Shown: positions 38,601 through 50,075, counted from the stretch's first letter. The stretch: DNA of 64,000 nt from Glaucostegus cemiculus (GCA_976551045.1 CDPCPM010000020.1:186001-250000); one strand, 5' to 3'. The notes: generated by a model not told the origin, from the sequence alone. Numbers and translations are program-made.

Positions 38601-39030
38601 TAATTGTGTCCTGCTTTCCTACCTAAGCCACTTAAATAGTTGTAAGTCCTTTGGTATGCACCTGTGAAACTTAACTATATTCTATATAAATGGAAGTCTA
38701 CTATTAAATTATTTGACATTGTGTACACTGTCCTGTACTCATCAATACATAATACTAAGTGAATAATAAACTTCCTGCTATAGGTTTCTGAGACTCAAAG
38801 CCAGAATGGCAGTACAGGGGAGAGATCATTTTGCTCAAGGCTATTTTGTGAAAGAAGATTCTTGCAGGCACTGCCCTATAAATGTTTCAATTTGTCTCTT
38901 CTGATTTTGCACAAGTAATCCTGTGTACATGATATCAGTCTTGGATGATATCTATCTTTAAACTCATTGGGAATGGTCTTTCTTAAAAAAAAAGGCATTT
39001 TGCAAATAATAAATTATTCTGCTTCAACAG

Positions 39031-39141
39031 GGTCGTTGTAACAGTTTTCCAGGTAAAAAGCGACCACGTGGTGGTCATGTTGGGCGAGGGCGAGGACGAT
39101 CACGCTTGAAGTCTGTATCTGGAATCTTGGAGTCTTTGGGG
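39031..39141 (+). CDS. KMT2D: Coding exon 12 (GRCNSFPGKKRPRGGHVGRGRGRSRLKS)
   Basis: caacag|GGT ... GGG|GTAAGA; 111 nt; RG-rich basic motif shared by KMT2C/D. Confidence 0.93.
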
Positions 39142-39513
39142 GTAAGAAAGGAATGGTTTGGGTAACGGTAGAGCAGTGCTTATTGTAGTACCTAAAGATG
39201 ACACACGTTGACCTTTTTAGGGGTGTGTGTGTGTATATACATTGTTGTTTCCTACTGAAAATTGAACCCAGGATACTAATGCTTCACTTCCATGCTATTG
39301 CAGCAGGCACTATGCAGACTGTGATGTACACACACCCCTGAAATTGATCTTGTATGAGAGAACCATGATAACATTTTATCCTGACAAATTCAGAATGTTT
39401 TTCTCAGTAATTCATGACCTTAAAAGAAATTCAGGGACTTTAACTGTGGAAATCATTAAAATTATCATTTAATGCAGATTTTCTAGTGCTGAACTGTTTG
39501 TTTCCTGCCTTAG

Positions 39514-39621
39514 TCTACAGGTGTAGATACATCTCCAAGCAAAGATGATGATGATGACGATGATACGATGCACAACACGGTGGTCCTCTTCTCCACTGAG
39601 GACAAATTTATTCTCATGCAG
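39514..39621 (+). CDS. KMT2D: Coding exon 13 (STGVDTSPSKDDDDDDDTMHNTVVLFSTEDKFILMQ)
   Basis: ccttag|TCT ... CAG|GTAGGA; 108 nt; only the proximal AG keeps the frame. Confidence 0.92.
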
Positions 39622-39699
39622 GTAGGATTTCTCAGGATGATGATTAAGTGGTGATATGTTGTCTAATGTAATCCAAAGTGAATAGGCCTCTGAATATTT

Positions 39700-39945
39700 G
39701 GGGCGGCATGATAGCGTAGCGGTTAGTGCGACGCTGTTACAGCGCCAGCAATTGGGGTTCAATTCCCGTCACTGACTGTAAGGAGTTTGTACGTTCTCCC
39801 GTGTCTGCGTGGGTTTCCTCCGGGTGCTCCAGTTTCCTCCCACATACTAAAAGACGTATGGGTAGGTTAATTTGGGGATGTAAAATGGGTGGTGCGGACT
39901 CATTGGACCGAAAGGGCCTGTTACCACGCTGTAAATAAAAAAAAA
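39700..39945 (+). mobile_element. Near-intact tRNA-derived V-SINE
   Basis: A-box TAGCGTAGCGG (39712), B-box GGTTCAATTCC (39756), V-domain tctgcgtgggtttcctccgggtgctccagtttcctcccaca, LINE-like tail, A-tail, imperfect TSD AATATT(T)G. Confidence 0.88.
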
Positions 39946-40519
39946 TATTGGCACTGCTATTAAATTCACACATGATAATGAACAAGCATTTATTGGGAAT
40001 TTGGATGTAATTTTGAAAATCCATTTTTATTTCTAATTTAATTTTTTTGTGGAGTCTGGCATCTTGTTCAAGATAGGCAATTTGTTACCTGGATGTTCAG
40101 TGCCTGGTGCAACTTTTCTATCCGTGTACCTGATATTTGGTTTCAGCAAGGGAGTGGAGGCTTCAGGGGCTGTATTATTGATGAGCCTTCCCAGGGTTTT
40201 TGTGTGCACTTTAATCTTGAGTTTTGGTCTGACTAGTAATATATGGTAGTGGATGTTCCTGAGATGAACTATGGTAATGGAGTGTTAGAAGAGATCAACA
40301 ATTAGAACAATGCATGTTCTAATTGTTGATTTGGATTCTTGAGGAATTTGCTGGATGCCACATCAACGAGTGCATGAATTTTTGTGTATTGTGCTGAGAA
40401 AGAACAAGGAATAAAACTTACCCCACCCCCCACCCATGACTGTGTAAAGTTCCAGTGCGCAATGAGTGTGCGTATAAGCTAGTGGCCTTTCATAATTTAG
40501 AGCTCTGGAGATTTTTCTG

Positions 40520-40700
40520 ACATCTGCAAGTTTACTAATCATTCTTCATGCATGCATTCATATCCAAATCATTTAATGTATAGGATAAACAGTAAGGGCC
40601 CCAGCACCGATCCGGTCACAGCCTTTCAATCACAAAAGTAACCCTCCTGCCTCCTATCAGTGTGCCAAATTTGGATCCAGTTGACCAATTCTTTTAATCT
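40520..40700 (-). mobile_element. CR1 RT fragment
   Basis: Reverse strand ELVNWIQIW...GYFCD; SKLAD; gggccccagcaccgatcc (GSVLGP). Confidence 0.7.
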
Positions 40701-41158
40701 TTCAGATATGGTATTGGTTAACAGTGTTGTTCGAGCTGGGTCCTCTGTGCATGTTGAGTTTCTGTATGTTGAATGGATGCTCGCCAATTTGGGGACTGAT
40801 CTACAGGACATTTTAGAAATGCACATACATCAATTTAAGTGTAATATGCTTTGAAATCTTGGGCTGACTGAAAATTTTCTTTGTTAATCTCAAAGTTGAT
40901 TTCAGCATTGAACCTTGGCGTGTTTTACAGTGCTGTGTCCTTCCTGTATGCATTAATGTAATGTGTGCGGTCATACTATAGCTGTTAATAGTTGTTGATT
41001 ATGCATAAATGTTTTGGACATTACGATTCTGTTGTAAACGTGAGCAATTAATAGCAGACATGACATGCCAAATATGTTTACAGAATTGTAATGTCTGTAT
41101 GTGTTAAGAGGAAGTGGTGGAGAATGGCTTGTAATGCTATATTTGTGTTATTTTTCAG

Positions 41159-41263
41159 GATATGTGTGTGGTATGTGGAAGCTTTGGACGAGGAATAGAA
41201 GGACAACTGTTGGCCTGTTCACAGTGTGGGCAGTGTTATCACCCGTATTGTGTCAATAGTAAG
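41159..41263 (+). CDS. KMT2D: Coding exon 14 (DMCVVCGSFGRG...CYHPYCVNSK)
   Basis: tttcag|GAT ... AAG|GTATGG; 105 nt; first PHD of the second cluster. Confidence 0.96.
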
Positions 41264-41873
41264 GTATGGAGGAAGAGAAAAGGAGATGCTAGTTGTATTT
41301 TTATGCATAAGATCTGTGGCACTACATAGACTAGTGGTTCTCTACTGATGCCAGGTACTTCTCCACAGTAAAGGAGAAACACAAGCAAATCGTATCAGGT
41401 TGTAACTGCTGTAATCAGGTAGAATCAACATGTTGATTTATGGCACAAGCACCCGTTTGGCAAGAGAAATTTCATATTTTAAGAAGTTCTAAAAAAAAAC
41501 ATGAGCAAAATTACAATCCTTGAACAATAGTAATGGAAGTCATTTGAGTATTACCAAGAATCACACTTCACATTTTGATTCTAGGATTTTAGTGTGGAGA
41601 GCAAATACTATACACTTTTAAAAACAAAAGCTTGAATTTTTGCAACCATTGACATGAGGGAATGAAACACTCTTTTTGCATCCAGAGGTAGTACACAAGA
41701 ATAGGCTAAACACAGTTGTGAGTGCATGTTTGCAAAAAAAAAGGGGAAATCCTTTCTGCATCATGTCAGACAACAGCAAAATTGCCTATGTGGATAATAT
41801 TTATCTTTTTGTTGAATATAAAGTGCAGAGCAAATTTTCCTCAGCATGTTTTAATAAAATTTGAAGAGAAATG

Positions 41874-42139
41874 CAGTAAAACTCTGATAATCCACTGTCT
41901 GACTTCATCTGAAATTCCAGTGGTGTGGCACATGGCTCATCGAGGCTCTGGTTCTCACGCTCCCCTTAAATTTATCAGATTCACTGGAAAATGCATCATT
42001 GCAAAATACAACATGTCACAAAAAATACTGAATTAAAAGTGTGGTGGAGCATTAATATGATTAACATCCAATAGTCTAGAAAATCTGCTGGTCTGGCATC
42101 ACCAAAGTCCTAAGCGTGCCAGATTAACAGAGTTTTGCA
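41874..42139. mobile_element. Candidate Tc1/pogo-type MITE remnant
   Basis: Left CAGTAAAACTCTGATAATCC versus reverse complement of the right end GCAAAACTCTGTTAATCT. Confidence 0.45.
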
Positions 42140-42251
42140 TACCACCTGCATCATCATCCTTGACAGAGACTGCCAATTTAGAGTTTAACTTAAACTTTTA
42201 TCAGAATTCTGTATGAAATATTGTGCTATGATCATGCTGTTTGTCTTGCAG

Positions 42252-42433
42252 ATCACAAAGGTTATGCTGAGCAAAGGATGGCGTTGCTTAGAATGTATTG
42301 TGTGTGAAGCATGCGGTAAAGCTTCTGATCCTGCTCGTTTATTGTTGTGTGATGATTGTGATATAAGTTACCACACGTACTGCCTGGATCCACCGTTGCA
42401 GACTGTGCCAAAGGGTGGTTGGAAATGCAAATG
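42252..42433 (+). CDS. KMT2D: Coding exon 15 ([18 protein letters not shown]...KGGWKCK)
   Basis: ttgcag|ATC ... ATG|GTGAGT; 182 nt. Confidence 0.96.
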
Positions 42434-42808
42434 GTGAGTGCCGAATTCAATTATGTGTGACCAGGTACGGAAAAGGAAATTTTATTTGAAAGTATATCTT
42501 TTTCTTAAATACAGTTAACTGAGCAGCATTTATGACTACAAATCTTGAATGTTTCCCTCCCTTCTATCCCCCAACATGCCCTTAAATTAGCTTTGTTTAA
42601 AGCCATTTGAATGTTCTTATCAGAATTGGGGAAAAATATCAAAAAAATGTTGACTGAAACCTGTCCAGAATCTAACTACTCACAGGTATACAGGTATATA
42701 CAGAGAAAAATAAATAATTGAGTTTAATGTTTACATTTTCAGTTTTTCTACTTGTAATCCTGTATATTAAGGAAATACAAAAGTCCAACTTCATACCTTG
42801 TCTTACAG

Positions 42809-42973
42809 GTGTGTATGCTGTACACAATGCGGTGCCACAACGCCTGGTTTTCACTGTGAATGGCAGAATAACTACACCCACTGTGCACCTTGTGGCAGCC
42901 TTGTTACTTGTCCAAGCTGTAATGAAGACTATGAAGAAGAAGACCTTCTCATACAGTGTCACCATTGCGATCG
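42809..42973 (+). CDS. KMT2D: Coding exon 16 (CVCCTQCG...CEWQNNYTHCAPC...LLIQCHHCD)
   Basis: ttacag|G ... TCG|GTAGGC; 165 nt. Confidence 0.95.
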
Positions 42974-43576
42974 GTAGGCCAGAGATTTGTATCTGTGCCA
43001 TTAGTTTTATAAACCAGGTTTTCCTGAAATAAAGTGCCCAGATGACATCAATTGGTGTATGTAATTTGCATTGGTATAAGAAATACTTCTGTTTACCCAC
43101 ATTAAAATAATTGTATTTTGTAATCTCCATTGGTTTTAATGTAGTGCAGAATTTATGCAGGTAGCTGAAGTTTTCAAGTCTTTTTTTGGGGAAAAATGCA
43201 CTGGTTTGAAGATGAGGAAGAAAATTGAGTTTTGAATGAGTATTCCCAAGCAGTGTAGTGGCAGAATTTATTGAAACCTCTTCACTCTATTTAATGAAAG
43301 GCCAGTATGCTTATGTGAAAGACCAGAGTGCTGATACTAACCAAGCATGGTAGCTTCAGTTTACTTGTAATTTGGCTGGTAAAGCTTGCTTATGCTCAAA
43401 TTATTCCCAACTCTGAACTTAAAGTGTAGATTTATTATGGATTTTAGAATAAGCAAAATGGCTTATCAGTCTTCATTTTAAATGAAGAGGATAATAGGAA
43501 GATTTAAAGTGATTAACTCAAACATTGGTTGCCTGAGTTATGCTTTCATAAATATAATTGGACTTGTTGCTTACAG

Positions 43577-43686
43577 GTGGGTCCATGCAATTTGTGAAAA
43601 TCTTTTCACAGAAGATGAAGTGGAGCAAGCGGCAGATGAGGGCTTTGATTGTACTGCATGTGAGCCATTTGTTGTTCGTCCAGTTG
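43577..43686 (+). CDS. KMT2D: Coding exon 17 (WVHAICENLFTEDEVEQAADEGFDCTAC)
   Basis: ttacag|G ... TTG|GTGAGT; 110 nt; end of the last PHD of cluster 2. Confidence 0.96.
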
Positions 43687-44124
43687 GTGAGTGACAGTGT
43701 TGGCCACAACCAGTACTTTGACGAACGTAGTGACAGTTTTACTTAATTTGGAGATGATAAATAGATTGCAGTTCTAAAAAGCTTTATGTATGTGTGCAAC
43801 TTTTATTTGCTCTCTTCAGCCTCGTGATAAAAATAGTTAGTTGCCTTGTTTTGCAGGTGATGAGATCCTGCATTGTGGTGTGACCTATACACTGGATATT
43901 GCACCACAAAATTCTTCATGACTAATGGGAAGGATTGGTTGTCCTCTCTCATATTGTCTCTTAACTTGAAAGGCAGTTCAATGTAGTGTCAAAGTTCTTG
44001 TTGCTTTATTGGGCAAGTCTCCAAGCTAACTTAAATTACTGACATGTCTGTCCCATTTCAAGATTTCACCTTTTAGTTTTTGGCATGTTGGCAAAAAGGT
44101 TCCAAGTTTTATTTGTATTTACAG

Positions 44125-44175
44125 TTCGAAGTGAATCCCCTGTGGTTACACCTATCATCAAAGTGAAGGATCCAG
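44125..44175 (+). CDS. KMT2D: Coding exon 18 (VRSESPVVTPIIKVKDP)
   Basis: ttacag|TT ... CAG|GTGAGT; 51 nt; KVK-acidic-P motif; followed by a 91-nt intron. Confidence 0.88.
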
Positions 44176-44266
44176 GTGAGTGCGTAATTGGTATGAAGGG
44201 TTCATGCTCACTGTTTGTTTTTATAGTATGCTAAATTTATTTTAGATTTAATTTATTCGATTTTAG

Positions 44267-44479
44267 AACCACGGTTTTATAATCAGGATGGAGTATGGCT
44301 GACAGAATCAGGAATGTCACAGTTCCGAAGTATGGTTCTTTCACCGTCACACAAAAAAGGACCAAAGCCAAAACTAAAGAACAAACCTTCAACTCCATGC
44401 AGCGAGCCAATGTTGGTCAGTATAGATGGCTCATCTATAGAAATAAAGAAAGAAGAAGGTGATGGGGAGGAGGAAAAAG
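44267..44479 (+). CDS. KMT2D: Coding exon 19 (EPRFYNQDGVWLTESGMSQFR...GEEEK)
   Basis: ttttag|AA ... AAG|GTGAGA; 213 nt. Confidence 0.92.
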
Positions 44480-45973
44480 GTGAGAGAGATTATACAATTA
44501 AAGTGAAAAGCATACTGTTTTCCATCATAGTTAAACCTTTTTTACAAATTTTGTTGATAAAACTTGTACTCTAGTACAATCTATATGAACTTGGAAACAA
44601 ATAAAAGGCTGGCCAATTAAATTGTAATGCACAGTATTTCTGTGCAGTTCGTTTTTTGCAAGTAATTGATTTTTTGTGATTGCATATGCCCTCGTGTAAT
44701 TAGTGGGATTTATAAATATAATAGTACTGTTGCATGAAACTTGTAAAGTTTTATATTCATTGCTCTCACATGGCATTGGCCAAAGAGTCATGGAAAAGTA
44801 GCCTTGGGTGAAAAATCATGAGGGAGCTGGGAAGCATTGAAACCAAATATTTTAACTGTAATTCAGTCTCAATTTTAAAATTACTGTTACTGTCCTTTTT
44901 GTAATGGAAACTTGTCACCCTATAATTACACCTGCTGGTTCATGATGCTGCAGCACTCTAGTGGGAAGAGAAGCTATGTTAATTCTGCAGATCTTATAAT
45001 ATTGTTTTGTAAACACAATATGATAGATCTGTAGAATTAAGATGCCTAAAACTGCCTGTCTGTAATTTTAATGTGGTATACTCTGGTATACGAATTTTAA
45101 TCAATATTTCTTTTTAACCTTGAGCTCTTCTAATTTTCAACAAAACTCCATTCAAGTGCTAAGCCAACTTAAACAAATATTGCATGGAGAAAGCAATGTT
45201 TTCCTTTTTTTTTCCCTGTTGTTTATGGAACACAGAACAAACGTCACAACAAATGTGTGGTTAAAGCACTTTTATTCTGTAACACAGATCCAGTGAAATG
45301 CTGAACTTTGCCTTAAAACTTCTGTACTTTAAAGTCTGTTTTTCAGGGGTTTTTTTGAGCATAGCCTGTCTGGAAGCTAATTGATAACCCATACATAGTA
45401 TGTTTCAGTTGGGGAAATTAGATTCATTGAAGATTTTCAGATGGCAGAATCCAAATTCATCTTGTAGCATCATACATCTCGATAAAAATAGCAACTCCAA
45501 ATTCTTCCTTTTGGGAGAAGCCGAGGCCAAGCAAAAACTTAATTAAACAATGCATAGGCAAACAAGAAATTAAATAGATAAATGTAACCAAATTATTGTG
45601 AAATATGTAGTTTTTAGAAGTTTATTTTAGTTAAATTATTTTGACTATTACACATTTGAAGACCCGAGTGGGGAGAAAAGTGTGAAACCCTGTGGTGGCA
45701 TTTCATGATTGCATCGTGTTTTCCATTATAAATGTGAGCATCAAAATTTATAATTGAATATTGGATTTACAGAAGTTTATAATAGAATAAATGTGACATA
45801 CCACAGAAAGAGATGTGGATATAGATATGAATATTGATAAATACTCAGGTTGAGATATTCTTGATGATTTTGTAAAGGAGAAGAATTAAAGGGGATTTAC
45901 TATTCACGTTGTAAATTTTGATTTTTGAATTGCACTGAATGTAATTTGTTGCTGGGTTTTAATTCTTTTAAAG

Positions 45974-46117
45974 CTGCCATGGAACCAGGAGAATGTGACG
46001 TAAAACCTGATGCACCTGTCTGCCAGGAACATGATGTGTGTGCAATAAACAATGCTGGAAAAACAAGTGAGGAAACTGAGGAAGGGAAAAAGAGGAAGAG
46101 GAAGCCATATCGACCTG
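45974..46117 (+). CDS. KMT2D: Coding exon 20 (AAMEPGEC...KKRKRKPYRP)
   Basis: ttaaag|CT (AAG acceptor) ... CTG|GTAAGT; 144 nt; conserved KKRKRKPYRP. Confidence 0.88.
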
Positions 46118-46647
46118 GTAAGTGACCTGTTAAGTTGCAAAAAGGTTTTTTAAAAGCAGCTTGATTTTTTTCTACAAGCAGGTTGAAAAGCCTATTCAAA
46201 TGCATTTATGCCCACTTGATTAGCTTACATTATTTTTGAGGCTTCTGTTTCTTCTCCTGGAAGTCCCAATCTATCTTCAGTAGACTTTTGTTCCTCTCAA
46301 GTTAATTGAAATCTGCAAGCAGATTGCATAATCCAGCATCAATTTTGTTTTGTCTTCCTTGTAAACTTAACTAAAAAGAAGCATGCAACGTGCGCCTTCA
46401 GATCAGATTGCTGCATTTGGTATGGTTTCTTGTTGTGGTGACGGAACAGGTAATAACTTGACAGGAGAAAACAGTGCATGCCATGACTGCAGCTTGAACA
46501 AAGGGATCCACTCTGGTTGATGTTTATTGGAATATCTTTAGCCTGCAGCACCATGTCTTGACTGATGGGGCTGAAGAATAGAGGTGAATTGTGAAAGGGA
46601 AAGTAATGTTATAAATTAAAATAAACACGCTTCTGTTTTTTTTTAAG

Positions 46648-46764
46648 GAATTGGTGGATTTATGGTCCGTCAGAGGCAGTCGCGTATGAAGAATTTGAAT
46701 AAAATCTCTGTGGCACAGCCTGGCATGTCCATTGACTGTCCAAATATTGAGAACAAAGAAGAAA
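46648..46764 (+). CDS. KMT2D: Coding exon 21 (GIGGFMVRQR...NKEE)
   Basis: tttaag|GA ... AAA|GTGAGT; 117 nt. Confidence 0.92.
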
Positions 46765-47677
46765 GTGAGTTTACATTTCTGTAGTAATGATAGGCATGAA
46801 GTTGGTGCATGTTTGCACATTGATTTTTGCAGATGACTAACCTTTCAGGTCAAAGACTTTGTTCTATTTTAAAATCACTTGTTCTATATGTTTAGCCAAT
46901 ATGCCAAGAAAGACCTTGGGCTACATTGTATACTCATTTATTTTGCTTCGAAGGGTGGAAGGTTTTCTTAGTTGTGATATATCACAAATGGGCCTTCCAT
47001 CACACTTCTGTATCTAAAATTTTATGGAAAGATGACCTACAGTGGTGGGCTGGGGGCTGTATATAATTTGGGAAAACGTAGACTGGACATTATGGGGGTT
47101 ATGCAAGGTTTCTGCGACTAGAACTGCCCTCTAATCTCAGAACCATTTCCAAGCTCCAAGCATCTGAGATAACTGGAGGGAACTGATGATTTGGTATTCT
47201 GGCCCCTGGGAAATTTAGAACAAGTCATGAAAAGAGATGCATTTTGACTCCACCTCAAATTTGCACTGCATTGTTAGTGCAGATTGTGCCCAAGCCTTGA
47301 TCTGGGATGGAAGTGCTGCTAATTGCCAGAACAATTAATATTCCATGTTCTAATTAAAGCATGAAGAAGGAATCATACACCTAAAACTGCTGTTTAGAAT
47401 TAGTACAACCAGTTTCTAATTTTATTTAAATGAGAGCATTGGTGACTTTTACAGCTACTTTAAGATGTTATTCAATCCAAAACTGAGGGCACTGAACTAT
47501 TAGTATGAAGGACTGCTGTTAATCTAGAATTAGTCAGTCTCCATAATAACTCTCACTCTTGAAGCGGCTCCTTTGCACTGATTAGAAGCAGTTTGGTAAA
47601 CTTTCCTACTCCTTGTAGCATAAGTTGTTTAAAAAGATTCCATATAAGTTAAAATTTCTAACTTTTGATTCATGTAG

Positions 47678-47811
47678 GTACTCTGATGGAAATTCCAACT
47701 GAGAGTGCCAGTGATATACCTGTGATAGGACCAGATGTAGGTGAGAAAGCAAAGAAACGGCAGCGCCGAAAGAAAAGCAAGTTGGAGGATTCCTTTCCAG
47801 CATATCTGCAG
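47678..47811 (+). CDS. KMT2D: Coding exon 22 (...KKRQRRKKSKLEDSFPAYLQ)
   Basis: atgtag|GT ... CAG|GTACTG; 134 nt, phase 1 to 0. Confidence 0.92.
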
Positions 47812-49230
47812 GTACTGGCATCTTGCTGAGCACATAGGTAATTGTGCAACTCTGATGGCATTTATCAGAGAAAAGATCTTGAAGATTAATTTACCATAAT
47901 GCCAAGTTTGTAGCTAAGTGATTTGTTCCTGCAGAATTGTTAATGTGTTTGGCCACTAAATCTTCTGTGGGCCACATTAGCATTTCTGTATAAAATAAAT
48001 TATTTCTCCTTGATCAAAATGTTGTGAATGTGAATGTGATTTGTTTTCTCAGTCTTAATCAAATGTTTGCAGGTATTTGGATGACTTTGTACAAAATTCA
48101 AACACGGGAGATTAGGGTTAATTGCTTTTCCAATTTTGTTTACTTTTATTGCTACTGATCTTTATTCATAAACTGGTTTATTTTCAAAGCTACAAAGTAA
48201 TTGACATATATAATCCAGGCAGCATAGTCATATTCTTAGCCAGACCTTCAGATGGAATTATTCTGCTAAAAGATAAGTCTTCCTCAACAATTTCATATTT
48301 GTGGTGGTACATCTGGTCTTTGTTAAACAGCTCCTTCCAATGTTCCAGTTGCAACCAAGTGTGCTTTATTTCAAGGGATGCTTGTATGATCGCTCTTAAA
48401 ATAGGTGGCATTAGACTGCAATCTTAATACTTTTGAATGTTAGTATGTGTTTCTAAATGATGCAGGTTACCTGAAAATTATTTGGATTTTTGTATTCTGT
48501 GTTTGGACTTTGGTATTCTTTGGGAACAGAATCCTTTTAAATTATATTTTGTCATTTTTCACATGTTGGATACCATACACTGCACATGCATTCATGTACA
48601 CATGCACACACAAAATGTAGAGAGCATTTGGTGACCTATTTTAGTAATAAGTGAGAATAGCTAGAAAGCAAAAAGTCAATAATGTGGTTTGGAGCGGTGG
48701 TTTGATGCTAGAGCTTAGTTGTTCTAGCCTTCTACAATTGTTTAATTTTACAGAAGCTTTAATGTGTTGAGTATTTTTTAGATTGGTGGCAAATTTCAAA
48801 ATTAATTTCCTATATCATTATTACAGGTTAATGAGGAAAAAGCATGCGGTTTTTCCTGGTTCTGCTCATTTTTGTAGATTGTTAACTGAAATGGTGATAT
48901 CACTGTCATTGGTCTTTATAACTGCTTAGATACAAGGTCAAGATATACATTTCCAGTTGCAGCTTTACTCCTGTGACTCATCAGTGTATTGTTCCTTCAC
49001 ACTTTGATCAGCCTAATAATGTAACAATGATAATGAGATCCAAATGTACTATTGTCTATTCTTGTGAAGTCTTTTCTAATGGGTAAGTAATGAAAGTAGA
49101 AAATACCTAATTGCATTTCATAAAACCATTTCATAAAATTTCTGGAGGGATATTCCACAAATATCTAAGCATTTGCACTATTGTAAAAGGAGCGTGACCG
49201 GTTATTTGTATGCTTGGGGTATCTGGTTGG

Positions 49231-50075
49231 TTCTATTGGCGCAAATGTGGGTTGGACCAGTTGCACTGGCGCAAAAGAAAAGTCTCATTGCTTGCATTGG
49301 TGTAGAGCGGTCGGACCAGTTGCACTGGCGCAGAAGTGGGTCGGACCAGTTGCACTGGAGCAAAAGAAAAGTCTGCTTGCATTGGTGTAGAGCGGTCGGA
49401 CCAGTTGCATTGGCGCAAAAGTGGGTCAGACCGCTTGCACTGGCGCAAAAGAAAAGTCTTATTGCTGGCATTGATGTAGAGCGGTAGGGCCAGTTGCACT
49501 GGTGCAAAAGAAAAGCCTGATTGCTTGCACTGGTGCAGAAGTGGGTCGGACCCGTTACACTGGCGCAAAAGAAAAGTCTGATTGCTTGCATTGGTGCAGA
49601 GCGATTGGACCAGTTGTACCGGCGCAAAAGAAAAGTCTGATTGCTTGCATTGGTGTAGAGTGGTCGGACCAGTTGCACTGGCAAAAAATGTGGGCCGGAC
49701 CATTTGTACTGGCGCAAAAGAGAAGTCCGATTAGTTGCATTGGTGTAGAGCGGTCGGACCATTTGCACTGGCAAAAAATGTGGGCCGGACCATTTGTACT
49801 GGCGCAAAAGAGAAGTCCAATTAGTTGCATTGGTGTAGAGCGGTCGGACCATTTGCACTGGCGCAGAAGAAGTCTGATTGCTTGCATTGGTGTAAGGTGG
49901 GTCGGTGCAGTTGCACTGGCACAAAAGAAGTCTGATTGCTTACATTGGCATAGAGTGGGTAAGACCAATTGCATTAGCACAAAATCAGGCTGGATTAATT
50001 GAATTCTCACAGCGTTGCGCTGGGCAGTTTGCATTGGCGCAAAATTGGGCTTGGCCAGCTTGCATGGGCGCATAA
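49231..50075. repeat. Intronic minisatellite, ~29 monomers of 27-31 bp with core TTGCA(C/T)TGG(C/T)G(C/T)A
   Basis: Parsed by hand into three monomer types; near-perfect 90-bp duplication 49673-49762 / 49763-49852. Confidence 0.95.

Noticed and set aside
39700-39775. tRNA gene
   Set aside because: The A and B boxes belong to a SINE head; no cloverleaf, and it continues into a V-domain and tail.
49173-50073. Cys-rich ORFs of 104-240 aa on both strands
   Set aside because: By-products of a stop-poor tandem repeat; unit lengths are mostly not multiples of 3 and no splice or domain evidence supports them.
49231-50075. CRISPR-like look of conserved cores with variable spacers
   Set aside because: The spacers are recurrent (three types), the core is only about 13 bp, there are no cas genes, and the context is a vertebrate intron.
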